Origin: Rhodosorus marinus CCMP1338
Lineage: Eukaryota; Plantae; Rhodophyta
Direction: 5' to 3'
Length of the DNA: 64,000 nt
Assembly (NCBI GenBank): GCA_029953675.1
Contig: JAMWBK010000005.1
Span: 2,852,001 to 2,916,000, forward strand
Each line of letters begins with the position of its first letter. The first letter of the stretch is position 1. The position numbers were made by a program, and so were the translations under genes. The notes under the pieces are model-generated. The model searched no databases and was not told the DNA's origin. It worked only from the letters and a program-made list of their open reading frames with translations. This document shows, one piece after another, positions 45,801 through 59,100 of this stretch.

Positions 45801-46793
45801 CTATTCCTCACATGTCTTGGCAATGTAGTCCTCGCCAGCTGGCGAATACTCAGGGAGAAACACCAGCTTCCCATTTTTGTGGAGAAATTTTGCGAGATCG
45901 TTCATCTTCGAGAAGATGAGAGTCTGCTTCTCGTCGTTAACCCTAGCTTTGACCAGCAGCGTCGGTAGCTTCACGATGAGCCTCAGCAGGTGCTCTGCGC
46001 CGTAGACTTTCGAGGGCTTGACAGCAACTTCGGACCCGTGGATGACCTGGTTGTACTGGATACGCTCAAATTTGTACAAGAGCATTGTTCCAAGCGCGAT
46101 GTCAAAGTATTCCCGCAGCCCCTCTGCGATCTCTTTACATGCCTTGTCCGCTATACCTCGGCGACTGTTGCTCAGCAGCCACGTCGAGAGCACTGCGCTT
46201 ACCGAAGGATCACGAGGTAAGGGCACGAGCTTATGGTCTTTGGTAACGAACTCCCAGTCATCGACCAGCTGCCTTTTCAAAGTGCTGTGTAGGACTATCG
46301 AGCTTTGCTCAGAGCTAAGCGCTGAAGCTGAGGGTATGCCCTCTCCCACCCCTTTGCGGTCATTGACTTTCCTCATCTTCGCTGGGAGACTCATGTCAGG
46401 ATCCGATCTATCCCTCGCGCGGGAAGGACTAATAATCTTCCTCAGCAAACTCTTCTTCAACTGAACCGACTCCTCAGTGAACTTGCTCAGCCTATCCGCT
46501 TTCACCACCTCGTCCCATTTGTCCTTCCAACCTAAATAATGAATCTTAAACCGCGTTTCACTGTTCTTCACCTCAGTATGCACAACCTAAACGAGCCAAA
46601 CAAAAAAAAAAAAAAAAAAAAAGCAAGAGTAGAAAACCACTCAGTACTCCTCCAAAACTCCTTCGGTTGAGCCTGAAAAACTGGCCAAGTATCATACCTT
46701 GGCTTCATAAAGCAGGTTCCCATGAGACACAAAGACTTTTTCTCCAGCCTCAAAGTCAATTTTAGTCCCTTCCTTCCCTTCCGCAGCAGTCAT
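45801..46793 (-). CDS. EAF3: MRG15/Eaf3 family chromatin protein (Tudor-knot chromodomain + MRG domain), 2 exons
   Basis: FEAGEKVFVSHGNLLYEAK|V...IHYLGWKDKWDEVV. MRG domain LKRQLVDDWEFVTK..KLVPLP, GLREYFDIALGTMLLYKFERIQY, SKVYGAEHLLRL. Confidence 0.94.
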
Positions 46794-47077
46794 CTTCCTC
46801 CCCTTCAACCTCTCCCCTCCCTACCCACCCACCACCAACCCCCCTTCCTTACCCGAAAGCACGACCCGCCTGCACCTTCCAACGCCGCCCCAGCAGCCGC
46901 TCTAAGGTTCCAACTACCTAAAAACGATACTTCAATATATTTCCAGTGACAGCCTGGCTCTTCCTAAACTCCTCCAGAAGCCGCTGGAGCTCATGATAAA
47001 AACTGAGGACGACGTTGTATAAAAGAAAAACAGAATGAAGGTTATATGTTTTGCGCTACCGAAAGCGTCTCAAGTTT

Positions 47078-47081
<4 letters not shown>

Positions 47082-47108
<27 letters not shown>
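47082..47108. repeat. (CT)n microsatellite, ~13 units
   Basis: Continuous TCTCTC run in the leader/promoter region upstream of the MRG gene. Confidence 0.9.
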
Positions 47109-47112
<4 letters not shown>

Positions 47113-48022
47113 TTTCTCTCCGTTGGTTTCAAAAGTCATCCCTTGAAAGCAACACTTCTGACAAACGTAAGCAAAATCTCTTAATAGCTATTACAATCCT
47201 CATCGATTGATGATTTGTTAATTAACAACTGTAATACCCCAAAAATTTAGAATTATATTTAACATTAGTAAACAAATTATGTATCTTGTGGTATGAATTC
47301 AGATGTTTAATTGGAGTACGATCTATACATGGTTTTTTATTACTTTATACATTATTGACTAGGCCAATAAAAAATATGTATAAGGTTATTGGTCAATAAA
47401 ATAGCGATTCTTTGGAAGCAAAGGTGATTGATTGGTTGAAGTATATCGTATTGTATCCAATTGGTTTGCTTTTTTGTTTGGTAGGATGTTGGTGAAGAAA
47501 CAAGAAACGGATCGATCGTTTGATGGTGGAGGCTGGAATTTTCGAATCATTTTGCCTTCAGCACGCTTAAGTGTGTGTATTCCCGGAAAACGCATATTCT
47601 AGTGGCTTTCTTCCTCCCCCTTCCTGGACAGAATCGACGTTCCAACCCCCACCCCATCCGTTGCACATTGTTGAACGGTGCACGGAAACAGCGAAATTAG
47701 TACCTTTTACAGGGGCCAGAAGCGGTTCCCTTGAATCTACCCTTCTGCTTGTGGCCTGCACTTGAAATGCTGCGTTGGTATTTACCTGGTTAAGCAGAGG
47801 CTCCAGCTAAGGCAACCCCGACGCTGTTTTAGAGTGCAAGCCTAACCCTGACCAATCTAACAAAACGCGCGCACAGCCGAATATTTTCCTGTACAAAGAT
47901 CCCTTTCCGATGCTACCACGTCCAAAGCTCGATTTTGATCGCGTGTGAGTGTGCCCCTGTAGTGTCCTTCGAGTACTGCCCGTATCGAGAAACTTAGGGA
48001 TTGAAGTCCGTTCGCTATAGTT

Positions 48023-48720
48023 TCAGTTGAGCAGGTATCCCGACAAGAAGAGAACAAAAAAGAGGGCCAGACCACCGAAGATAAGGCCCGACTTTTGCCC
48101 TTCCGTTAACGTGTTCCCACCGAGTCCGTACTGTTGATTTTCGGCAAAACCAGCGACAACCTTCTTCACCGAGATGAACACGCTTTTGGCCGAGTTGCAG
48201 CTCTAAAGCGAGAGCAAGCCGATATTCGCTCGGGTTAGTATGATCTGTGATCACCAGAGGGTCTTACATCAGGAAGAAAGAGAACTTACCGGACACCTGA
48301 AGTCTGCAGGAAGCTCGTCGAACGCGAATCCAGGTCCAACACCGATATTCTTGTCTCCCTTCGCGGGATTGTACTCATACCCGCAAGCTTGACATTCGTA
48401 CTTACCCTCATCGATCTCAATAAACCTATGTCATTGCAAAATATACAATCAAATCACTCAGCTACAGGCATTCCCACGTTCCCGAAGACTGTGCATCACA
48501 CGTACTTCTCCGCAGCACGGAGGCGCTCAATTTCCTTTTTCTTCTTCTCCTGTTCATCATCCACAACCGTATCCTCCTTCTTAGCAACAGGCTGCTCCCC
48601 AAAATCAAGATCCTCGCTCATCCTCAGTTCTCTACATCGAGACCTCCGTGGGCTCACCGCGGGCAATCCCCCGCCTTTCTTCAGCCCAACCCCAGCCACT
48701 CCAACGAATCCCAGCACCAT
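48023..48720 (-). CDS. RBD1: Thylakoid rubredoxin (RubA/RBD1 type), 3 exons
   Basis: Transit peptide; YECQACGYEYNP.KGD...GPG.AFDELP.DFRCP|SC; AGFAENQQYGLGGNTLT.GQKS.LIFGGL followed by a C-terminal TM helix. Confidence 0.95.
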
Positions 48721-49373
48721 TGTTTTAACTAATTTTCAAGAAAACTACTCCAAGACAAGCCTATACGACCCTTCTATGTACCCACAGACCACAAAAATCT
48801 CGCACCTAACGTCAATACTGCCTCTACACTCCCTCCCCATCCCGCCTTTCCCGTCTCCAACCTTTTTATCCATTGACTTTCGCGACCACACAACTGAAAC
48901 CAAAGCTCCCGTCTATCCCACCTGAAACACAAAAACACCTTTAAATGTCATAACAAATTCAATCAATAAAATACGCAGAAGCTTTATAATAAAACTAAAT
49001 ACATCAAATAGTTTCTATTTGACTGAATATTATAGTGACGCATATCCTCAACTTTCACATCGCAACCAAACAACACAATCTGTCAACTCACCCTCCTGCC
49101 CATCGACCGAAAAAGATCCAAAGCTCACTTTTTCTTACGTTTTATGAAATAATAAATTGTTCTTTGACTATCCGGCGGGGGGGGTATAGGAGTAATAGCT
49201 GAGCAATGCTCAATTGTTGAATTATGTTCACATTTGAAAGGATTTTTCGTCCAGAAGAAAAACTTCTGAATGGCCGTGGTACGAGACACGTGTTGTAAAT
49301 TAATTTGTAGAAGCGTTTTTAGTTTTAGGTTTTTAGGAATAACTTTATAGCGCGCTGTATTTAAGCTTCAGGG

Positions 49374-52300
49374 TTATTTTCGAGATTTCTTTCGTTTGGA
49401 TTTGGCAGTCTTCTTCAAGCTTGGTTCGAGCTCTGGGCCAGGAATGGATTCGACAACTTTGTCCTTGTACGTGACCTGATAACTCTTAGTTGCCGGTTCA
49501 TATGCTGTGATGGTTGCTCGCACGAGCTCGCCGTCCCGTTCAACGGTTACCCGTTCGCCTCGTCGCTTCAGCCGTTCCGGTTTGGCGTCGAGCCATTTTC
49601 GGCAATCTGCTGCGTCGCATCTACACCTGGGTCGACGTCAGGTTCGCAAAGCCCGAGTTAGATATTTTGTGTGAGGAAAAAGGAAAACCAAGAAATTTTG
49701 GTCTACTGCCCACCTGAACGATTGATTCACCCCAAAATCTTGGAATCCGTAGTCGTATGCGAGCTCCTCCCCGAGTTCAATATCTCGAATCGCGAATATG
49801 CCAATCCTCGTCTCGTTCGTAGCAGCATCCTGCCACCTGCAACGTACAAAGAACAGCACAGAACTAATGAGCGCTTGATCGAACAATGACGCCGACTGAA
49901 TCAACCACGTACATCAGCGCTTCGCAGTTGGGATCACAACTGCTGTTGATTAGTCTGGCGACGCCTCCCTTGTCTCGTGCATCAATAATAGTGTCAGACG
50001 ACAACTCCATCATATAATAATCAGTCTCCCCTCTGTATTTGCACTCCCACAAGCGTCTTGAAAAAGTACGCAAAAATCCAAACGGACGCAGCAGACAAGC
50101 AGTACTTTTAGAGCGCGACCTCGTCAAAACTAAGAAACGCGAGTATGGTGCTCTGCCTCCAACAGTACCTTTCACATTCTTCTACTCCGATAATCTCGCC
50201 AACATATTCTGCCGTAAACGTCCCTTTCTTAATATGCTCGCAGGCAACGACACCCCATCCCTTCCCATTTCCAATATACACAGGTCGGATGTTCGGCCGT
50301 TCCAGAAACTGAAAGGCTTTGTTGCTGCACGAATCACCACTGGGACAAGTAAGTGGGTCGCATGTCAACCTGCGCAAGATTGGAGGAAAACGGAGACAAG
50401 AACGCTTAGCGCACAAAGTTCACATCCAGTCGTTGCTCAAGAAAGAGTGGTCCATTCTACCTCATCATTCGATTCATGCAGTCCTCCCCACAGCGTGGTT
50501 CCTTTCCAGGTGTACATGGACACTCGCAGTTCGGTATTTCATCCTTGGGAAGCCGGCGAATCCTGCGCTTGGGGGGGTAGATATTTCTACGAATCATTCT
50601 AAACTTTGGTCGCCTCTCCTTCATCATCTCATTGGGAAGTCGAAATTCCTCCTCTCTGAAAACCTTTTCCATCAGAGAACAGGTGAAAGCATTCATCAGC
50701 ACGGAACACCGGACAGAACGCTGAAGTGCAACTTCAGGCACAGTACCTCCAGATCTTGAGGCCAGATCCATGACTCCGACATTGATTCCCGCTCCGTCAA
50801 GTAGTCAGGCCTGCTCCACCATCCGTATGGAACGTTCTTCACCGTTGGCTCCAGAAACGCCGCCACCTACGTTCAGTGGAACGCAAAAGAAGATGTCAGC
50901 GTGGCCTGGTCTTCTCGGGGTGCGGAAGAAGTAGCCAAGGATAAAGGCAGACAAACCTGGGAGAGCGCAGCCTGAAACAAAACTTGATTTTTCCCGTGGT
51001 TCTGAAAGCCCCGCTGAATACCATCGATCCAACTGATGACTTCGCTGTCCTTCCGCAACCAAGCGATTTCTATCGTTCCGAAGAACATTGCGCAGCAGTG
51101 GTGGGGTGACGGCCGAGGTACTTTGCTGACAACCTTCGTGTTCTTCGCATGTACAAGCTGCACTGGCCAGTGCGCGTGTCCGCGAACCTTACCCCACATT
51201 ACTCTCTCTTTCTCCGCTTCCTCAGTTATCCAACGCTGGGAGACCAGCTGAGCAAAGTCTATGTTCAACTGGGCGGGGTCCTAAAAGATGTCCAGACCAT
51301 TTCAGCTACCCTCGGATTGGCCTTAGTTAACTCGCAACCCTGGCTCATCCGTGGGAAGCACTCACCGCTAATGTAAATGTCTCATCGTTGTCCAAGGAAC
51401 CAGGCGAAGCTGTGTTGCTGGGCGAGGAGTAGTCTTCCAGACGCGGCTTTTCTCTTTGGTTCGAAGACTTTCGTTGTACGCCCGAGCCTCTGCTTGGCTT
51501 TTTTTCCTTCGAGACACGAGAATCAGTCGTCTTCGGACTATCTTCAGACGAACCAGCTTCGTCGATCATCCGGGAGCTTTCCCGTGGCCGACGTTCTGGC
51601 TTCTTCTGGACATCCTTCTTGTTCAACGCGCTTGATCCTGAAGCTGGTTTCGTTGGCCCTTCCTGTTCGGTTGATCAAATTCCACATCGGAAAATTCCTT
51701 TAGAGGATGAAATCTGTACTGGAACATGGGAAACAGATCTTGCGATGGACTCCAACCTTTGGTACGTCAGAACTGTTCCTCCGTGCTGTAGAAAATTGTA
51801 GACGCTCATCATCGTCAGTGCCCAGAAACCTCCTAACGTCCTCGAGTGCACCCAGATACTGGGCAGACTTGCGTCTGGATGGGTCAGCCCATCCTTTCCG
51901 TACGCCTTCCTTCCATTGCACAATAGTCTTATCATTATGGGACATCCAATAAACCTGTTCAAAAGCAAAATATCGAACGTTAGAAGATTTTCCATTATAC
52001 CATCCACACTCGCAGAAAGTTGCCGTTGGTGCTAGCTTCGGACCTCTCCGGTTCCAAACAACGCAACGAAAAATTGGTTTTTGCTAAGAACTTTGTCAAC
52101 GCCAGGCATCTGCGTCCGTTTGCTTATCTGCAGCGGCCATCTCCCATTGCCTTTAATTTTCCCCCATACAATGCGGCGCTCCGTAGCCTTGATCTCGCAC
52201 TGACGCGACTCAAGGAAGGTCGCCAATACAGAGCTCCCCGACGCTTTGTCGGACCTCAGCTTCTCCATGGGACGCTCTTTCTTCGACTTCGCTGTAGGAG

Positions 52301-54152
52301 AAATATCGAACGCTCCTACCGGGCTTTTCTCTTCAGTGACCTGGCTGAACACACCGTCCGTTGCCCACCCGGTCCGGTTCACAAACTCTAGCTCGGAATT
52401 GGAGGCATCAGACTCATTTCTCCATTTGTTCGCGTTCCTCTCGGACAGTAAAAGCTCTTCGCTGTCGTAGTCTTCTTCTGGAATGAGCTCTTCTATCTTC
52501 AAAGGCTCAGTTTTTGCAACGACTTCGCCGTCTTCATCTGCCACCGGCTGTTTTTTTCCCTTAGACGCTCCGAAAACGCGGTCTTCCTCGGCTTCCTCCT
52601 TCACTATGGATGAACCCAAAGGCACATCTGCCTCGGCAACATGCTTTACGTCCCTTGGGAGATCCACTGGTTCACCGATCAGGACAACCGGCTCACTTCC
52701 CTCGTACGAATGACGATTCTCCTGGCTCCTTGAAGGTCGAACAACAACTTCCACCCTAATATATGCTCCAGGGCTGGGGACTTCCTCCATAGACTGGTCA
52801 GAGTCATTAGGCAGAGGTTCTGGTTTCGATTCAGTAGTCACGACGTTAACCCGCAGCCTCTTATGCGGGCGATCACCCCCTCGCTCTAATGTGCATCTCG
52901 ATGAGGCACGAACCATTCTGCTAGCTCGCGGATGCTCTTCTCCAGAACGCGGAACCTCCTCATTAGAACCCACAGGCTTGCGAACGGGTTCGGCTCCAAA
53001 ATGGTCCGTTTCAAAGTCCGCATTCAAAACTTGACCGAGCCTCTCACGCCTTGGCGGTCGAGGGAGGTCCATCAAGTCAGGTGTAGATAAATTCTGCACA
53101 TCACGTGAATTGAAGCCATCGACTGGGTCCGAGTCCAAAAGAAGGTCACCATTCGACGGCATCGTGGAAGGCTTGGCTTTTGGACTTGGACGAGGATGCC
53201 AGTCCTCCGCACCAGTATCGATCTCATCGACTAGTTCCCCATCCTCCGAAGGACCTTCCGGCTCGTGTCCCCTCGCTAATACGTTAACACTCAGAGGAAA
53301 TGTGCGAGGTCCATACTCCCGGCAGGAATCCTCGGAGCCTCCCTCAGAGTCAACGAGAGGCTCCGCAATCTGACTAGTTAAGACTTGAACTCTCAAAGGT
53401 GTGCGCCTTGATCTCCGCTTTGGGATATCTCTAGCTTCAATCGGAGGTGCAGCGTTCGTGTTGGTTCTAACGAGAATGCTGTGGTTTTCACGCCGATCCC
53501 CTCGACGCGTTGGAGGAGAGACGGGTGCAGTCTTTCGTTCGCTACTGCTCCTCCGGGAAAAACTGCGTTCCGCACGGTTGGGAGCGTTTTGACGGTGCAC
53601 AAGCTCTGACCGCTCGCGGTGAAAAGAGCAAGTTGCCCGCTCTGTGGCCCTCTGGCTCCGGCTCAGTTGGTCATCCTTGACTTTCGCGGATGGAAAGGTG
53701 GTAAGACGTTCTGCGGTAGTGTTCTTCTCACTCTTAGAGTTGCTGGGCTGTGGACGCTTTCTCGGAACCGGCAGATCGTCGAGGTCTCCCGCGCCAAGCA
53801 GACCAGGCGGAGTTGGGGGTCGGTCGTTGTCTGGACCAGCTTGTTGCTTGGCCATAAAGATCGACTCTTGACGTGAACCCAGAGGCCAGAAATTCAGTCC
53901 GCCAAGAGACTGAAATTCTGGCGTTTCTCTTGCCGAATACGATTTTAAGCCAACCTCATGAGGTCGCCGTCCACGATTCCTTGCATTCGCATTAGCTCTA
54001 TCGTTGCTCGCTTTTTCAATGTTAATCAACTTCCTGATCGCTGAAATCGGCGGCAAGTCTGCACCAGGAACAGCGACCTGCTCGTCCTTCCCCTTACATT
54101 CAGCCAATCGCTCAGAATGTGAATACCGCCCTCGGTCTTCCCTCCTACCCAT
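49374..54152 (-). CDS. NSD/ASHH-like histone lysine methyltransferase: long disordered N-terminus, 2 PWWP, AWS, SET, post-SET and a C-terminal Tudor-like segment; multi-exon
   Basis: PWWP: VWGKIKGNGRWP and MWGKVRGHAHWP. AWS: CEC...CGEDCMNR...CPSGDSCSN. SET: KGWGV, EYVGEII, IDARDKGGVARLINSSCDPNC, RIGIFAIRDI..GEELAYDY. Post-SET: CRCDAADCRKWL. Confidence 0.9.
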
Positions 54153-54559
54153 CCTCACTGAGGAGGGTCCCAAACCTTCTTCAAAAACCCCAAAAGGTGG
54201 ACCAAAACCTTCAAAACAACTCTCCAATTATACAACCCGTCGTTCCATCCAGTCTACTTTATAGAGCAACCCACACCACCCTGGTAACTCGGAAAATTCA
54301 CGAGAAATCAGCTCGCTTCCCAACCGCAACACCCCCAAACCCCCCCCGCCCAAAAAAAAAAGCCTGTTCAAAACTGGTCGCGTACACTTCACACAGTGCC
54401 CATGGACTTTAGCGTTCTTCCTACTTGGCTCTTGTCTTCCTCCTTTCCACTTTACACATATATGTAAGGCCTCTCCCAGATCCCCAAAAAGGGCCTCCGA
54501 ATGCTGTCTCAAAACACAGAATCCAACCACCTCGTAAGAAAAGTCCAGAACTCTACGAG

Positions 54560-55750
54560 AGTTTCATTGCTTTTCGTTGTCTGGAGGACCTCTTACCAAC
54601 CAATCTAATTCTCCGCAGATTCAGTGTGTCCTTCCTATCGTCGAAAACGTTCCTTCCTGCCTTTCCAAGGCAAGAACGAACTAAAACACTGCCTGGGAAG
54701 AACCTCAATAAGAACTAATTGCTTTGGACTCTACGTGCTCGTAAAGAGGTTGAGCAACTCATCCCCACCTGCTTTTTCTTATCGTCTATATTCCTTCTCT
54801 TTCCCGCGCTTCGAAGCGCAAACGAGCAGCTACGTTTCAGGGTTCCTAACGCAACGGTGCAAGTCGTTCGCACCGGTTCACTGGAGAAGAAGCTGAGCAA
54901 CTCATTGACCGTATTGTCCTTCTCTTCGTCATCTTCCATATTGAAACTAGAAGGCTAAAGTCCTCTTCATAGCTTCCACCACACTGGATTCGGCCCTGGA
55001 GGGCAGGATTGGATTGCTGCTGACGACAAAAAGCGGGACAGTCCAAAGGGTCAACTGGTATGAAGGCATACGGGAGCCACCACCGCCATCTCCAGCAGCT
55101 TATCATACAAAGCTTAGGTGTGCTGGGACGTTGACTGCCGTTTACTGGCTCGTACTCACCGCCAGTTCAGTCCGAGCGGTTTGCAGAACTTTTTCGCTTT
55201 AGCGGGACTGGCGGGCAGGAGCCTCTAATTTGCACACTTACGGCCCCTTGGCACAAGACTTGAGTAGACCCGGAGGCAGTTTTTTTTTTTTTGCGTCTCT
55301 CTAAGAATGCCGTACTACCGAGCCCGTTCAAGGCTTTCGAGGAGGCTCTGCAAAAGCTGTTTGTTCCCCAGCCACTGGGGTGCAGCTGCTTTTCAGAGCC
55401 GCCTCCAAAGTCTTGAGACAGCCTGGACAGTTTGGCAGGTGCGAGAACCGACCAGCACGACTTGCAAGGTAAACCGTGCTTGATGGTCGACCTCGCGTGC
55501 CTCCGCATTCTCTCCATGGTCAGCCAGACGGCTGAAGTAAATTCGCATGCTGCCGAGGAAGTTGCCTCTAGCAATCGCATACCTTCGACCAACGGACTCT
55601 CAGCCTGCGGCGCTAGTCTATGCCGTCAGGGTATCAGTTCAGTTCTAGTCCGTGAGCCTCAAAAAAGAAACGGTTGTTAAGAATTAGTCAGCGGAACGCG
55701 ATGAACCAACTCGAGGCCATCGGTAACCGTCTCGTTAGTCTCCGGCTCCG
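54560..55750 (-). mobile_element. Degenerate hAT transposase relic (C-terminal half)
   Basis: PLVEGMRLLEA...TSAVWLTMERMRRH resembles L.PF..AT..LS...T.S.V; LHP resembles LDP; ELLSFFSSEP resembles EL..YL.EP; EGTFSTIG resembles ER.FS.AG. These occur in hAT order with stops and frameshifts. Confidence 0.45.
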
Positions 55751-56150
55751 AGCAACGGATGATCACCTTCATAAATGCACTTTGGCAAAATTGCGCCTTT
55801 TTGTTTAGTGTACGGTTTCCAAACAAAATCTAGAATTAATGTAATATTCATTTATAATATGTACACATTGTGACTGTAGACTAACTGTTTGTTGAGCTGT
55901 GGCTTGAAGAAGACCGGCATGGGTCGATTCCTGCAGCAGGTTCACATGGACGCCTTACCCTTCCGATGACCAGATCTTTGCGCTGGTGAAAGGCTCAGCG
56001 TTCTAGCTCCGAAAACCTTCTCTTGAGCTCGACTGGCAGAAACGTTTACACGGCCAAATCTCTCCTCTACGAGAGGTTCCACCCTTTCTTTCCGCCTTGT
56101 TATCCGGAACGGAACATGTTAGCAATGATTGGTTAGATCTTTCTATCGAG

Positions 56151-59100
56151 TTACATGAGTTCGAGCTGGTTTCCATTCATCTCAGCAACTTGTCTTCGAC
56201 GTGGTGGGTCAACAATGAACCCTCGACCAAATACATCTCGTTCGATAAAGTCAGTGCTTAACCCCGGGTGCTTAGCCACCGGCGGTGGTCGCGCAACCCT
56301 GAAAATATAGTAAAAAATAGTCACGAAAAGAGTCGGTTAGGCTCAAGCCGGTTCAAGCTTGGGCCCGGGTGCCACTTACAAACAAAAGTACACCAAGCAG
56401 ATGCCAATAAACAGAACGCCGATTAGAAGTCCACCTATTACAACTCCAGCGAGTTCACCATTGTTTAGTCCTGGGGAAGGTGTTGGCGTTGGCGTTGGTC
56501 CCATCGTCGCCTTTCAAAGACAGAGCAACAGGAGAGCAGTCAGTTCCCGAGGAAACTACAACGCAAAGCTGGACGGATCATCTTCTACTAAGTACTGGTT
56601 TCGTACCTCAATGAGCTGTACGCCCAGTACATCAAAAAGATTTGTTTCGAAGTTGAATGAGCTGAGGATCGGACACTGCTGCTCGTCATCGGGATCACAA
56701 TTTGGTTCATCCGAGGAAATCGAACCAGTTCCAACATTGTACGCCTGTCCCTGAAGAACATCTGGGCCAGGAAAGGTCTTTTGTGGCGAATAGCTGACTC
56801 CCCGCCCTCTAACGACCAAAGCCGACGAGTCCTAATTCGGACGGGATCGATTACGGAGGAATTACCAGTTTCAGCGCTCAGATGCAAAATATTGCCGCTG
56901 ACAAAAGGGACTTACCGTCACATTCATTGCGGTAGTAACGTTGAAGCAGCTTGTCGGAAGCTGCAACTCTGATGGATCGACTTCCAAATCCACTGGTATG
57001 ATCTTGAGTAAGCTAGTTGTATTGGAGAATCCAGTCGTCTGGACGTTCGACAGTCTGACGATATCCGGAAATGACTCGAAACACACCCCAGATCGTCTTC
57101 CTTCCACAGCGAATTTGGAGCAGATTCGAAGCGAAGCATGATCTGTTCCAAGCAAAGCCGGAACCTGCTGACTACTGCACACTACCGTGCAGTTCCACTG
57201 TACGTTCCCAAACGAGGAATCAGCAGCGCCATCGTACTGAGAATTAACCAGAACCGAACTGAACGTTTGCAGGCAGCCGGAGCGGCAGAAAAACTTTCGT
57301 TAGCCTTGAATCGGGGCGTGCACTTTCATCCAGCAAAGAAGCAAGATGGAGACAAATGGGGATGGTGAGCCTCCATACCTTCCACAAGCCTCTTGTCCCA
57401 GAACCATCCTCGGCACGACGAAAGAACCGACAACGTCCGTATCTAATATAGAGTTATTTACATCGGTCTCGCTCAAATGTGAACCTCCGAGCGTTACTGC
57501 CAGGTCACCAGCGTCATAAAGAAACCTTGAAGTAGGCCCAACGATGTCAAGTTTGGTCTCATTCGCAGCTCTTTCAACCATATGGAATAACGCGCTGAGC
57601 ATTTCGTTGACTGTTCGCACCTCCGTCACAGCTGATTCCCTTCGCTTTGCGAAAGCTGAGAGGCTCTAACTTGTACGAAAGAGGTCCAAGAAATCCGAAA
57701 TCAGTAGATGGGCTTAGGTTTTCGCGACAATGTCCGTCCTCCAGTTACCAGTATGAATGAAGTCATATAGTTCGTATTCAGAACTGAAGTATTGGCAATT
57801 CGCTCGATCGTCGAGACGCTCCGGCTGATCAGAGTCGTAGTATTAGCGGTCTGGCGGACTGTTGCAAAATCAAGGGCAACCTCCGGCTCGGATATAAAAC
57901 GAGTGTCACCAGCGTCTACGGTTGCCGAATCCTCATCGTTCTGACTCAAGCAGTAGGCGAGCATCGATAGACATGCATCGTCACCAGCAAGTCGGCAGCT
58001 CCTAAGCTTTCGCGAAGCGAACTCGTTTAAGTCTTCCTCAAGTGTTATGGAAATTGGGCTGGTAGGAGGTCTCAAAAGACTAGTAAAGACAGTCTGCAAC
58101 AGTTGACAAAGGAGGAAAACACTCCCGTTGTCAAACGAGCCGTGCAGGAAAGCAAGCCTGTCAGGGGTTTTCGCAGTGTCGCGCTTACCGAACCAGTGAA
58201 GTCAGTGACCTCCGCTTGCACAAAGTATTCTCCAGGGGCGCAGATGAATGTTGTGACAACCGGATTTCCGGAACATCCTCCCAAACAGATTTGAGGATGA
58301 CTCAAGTCCTCGGAACTGAAAAGCCGGTAGTAGACCTGGTCCAGCAAGAGAACGGTGTATCAGTACAACCCGAGCACGGATGGGGCATCAACTCACTCCA
58401 ATCAAGGATTGACGCCTACGATTCAAGAGCAGATCCTCTTACCTTGAAAAAATTCCCAAGGTCATTAGGGAGAATGTTGAAAACAAACTGAGTGTTCTCT
58501 GTCCCTTCCGTTGAGTTAACCTGGAAGGTTACCAGCGGTCTATTGATTGTCTTCCACTTCAACACGTACGAGTTGACAGCCGAGTCCGCGACGGAATACA
58601 GGATAGTTATGTTGTACGTAGTCGCCGGCTTCATGAAACCAGCGCTTATGGCAAGGGAGCTTGTACCGTTTGAGTTTGGCGTCTGGTACGATCCAGGAGC
58701 GTTCAGGAACGCATCTGAAGGGAAGTCCGTTGATGATGCGGAATAACGGAAAAAACCGCCATCGGGGACGCCGCCACTTACAACCGGGGTGATGACGAGA
58801 GCGCTTAGATAGTTAATGTTTTCGGCGTGAAAGACACGTCCGCTCAAGTCTGTGAATTCAAAGTCATCGATCGATGGTAATGCTTGCGTTGACTGATAGT
58901 TCCGTACTGCGAGAACACTCGAAGCTACATCTGAAGTCGCCATCGCAGTCGATACCTGCGGAGGGAGGTGAATTTAGGACCCCAACTAGCGGGGCTCCGT
59001 GTGCAGACGCATCAATTACGCTACCTGTAAGGAAAGCCTCACGAAGACAGCTTGGTCTTCCCCCAAAATCTCTTGCCACTGAGATGAGGAGACGAGAAAT

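Noticed and set aside
47781-47795. ATTTACCTGG resembling the U1 snRNA 5' end
   Set aside because: The downstream sequence lacks U1 stem-loops and an Sm site. It is more simply the reverse complement of a CAG|GTAAAT splice-donor-like sequence.
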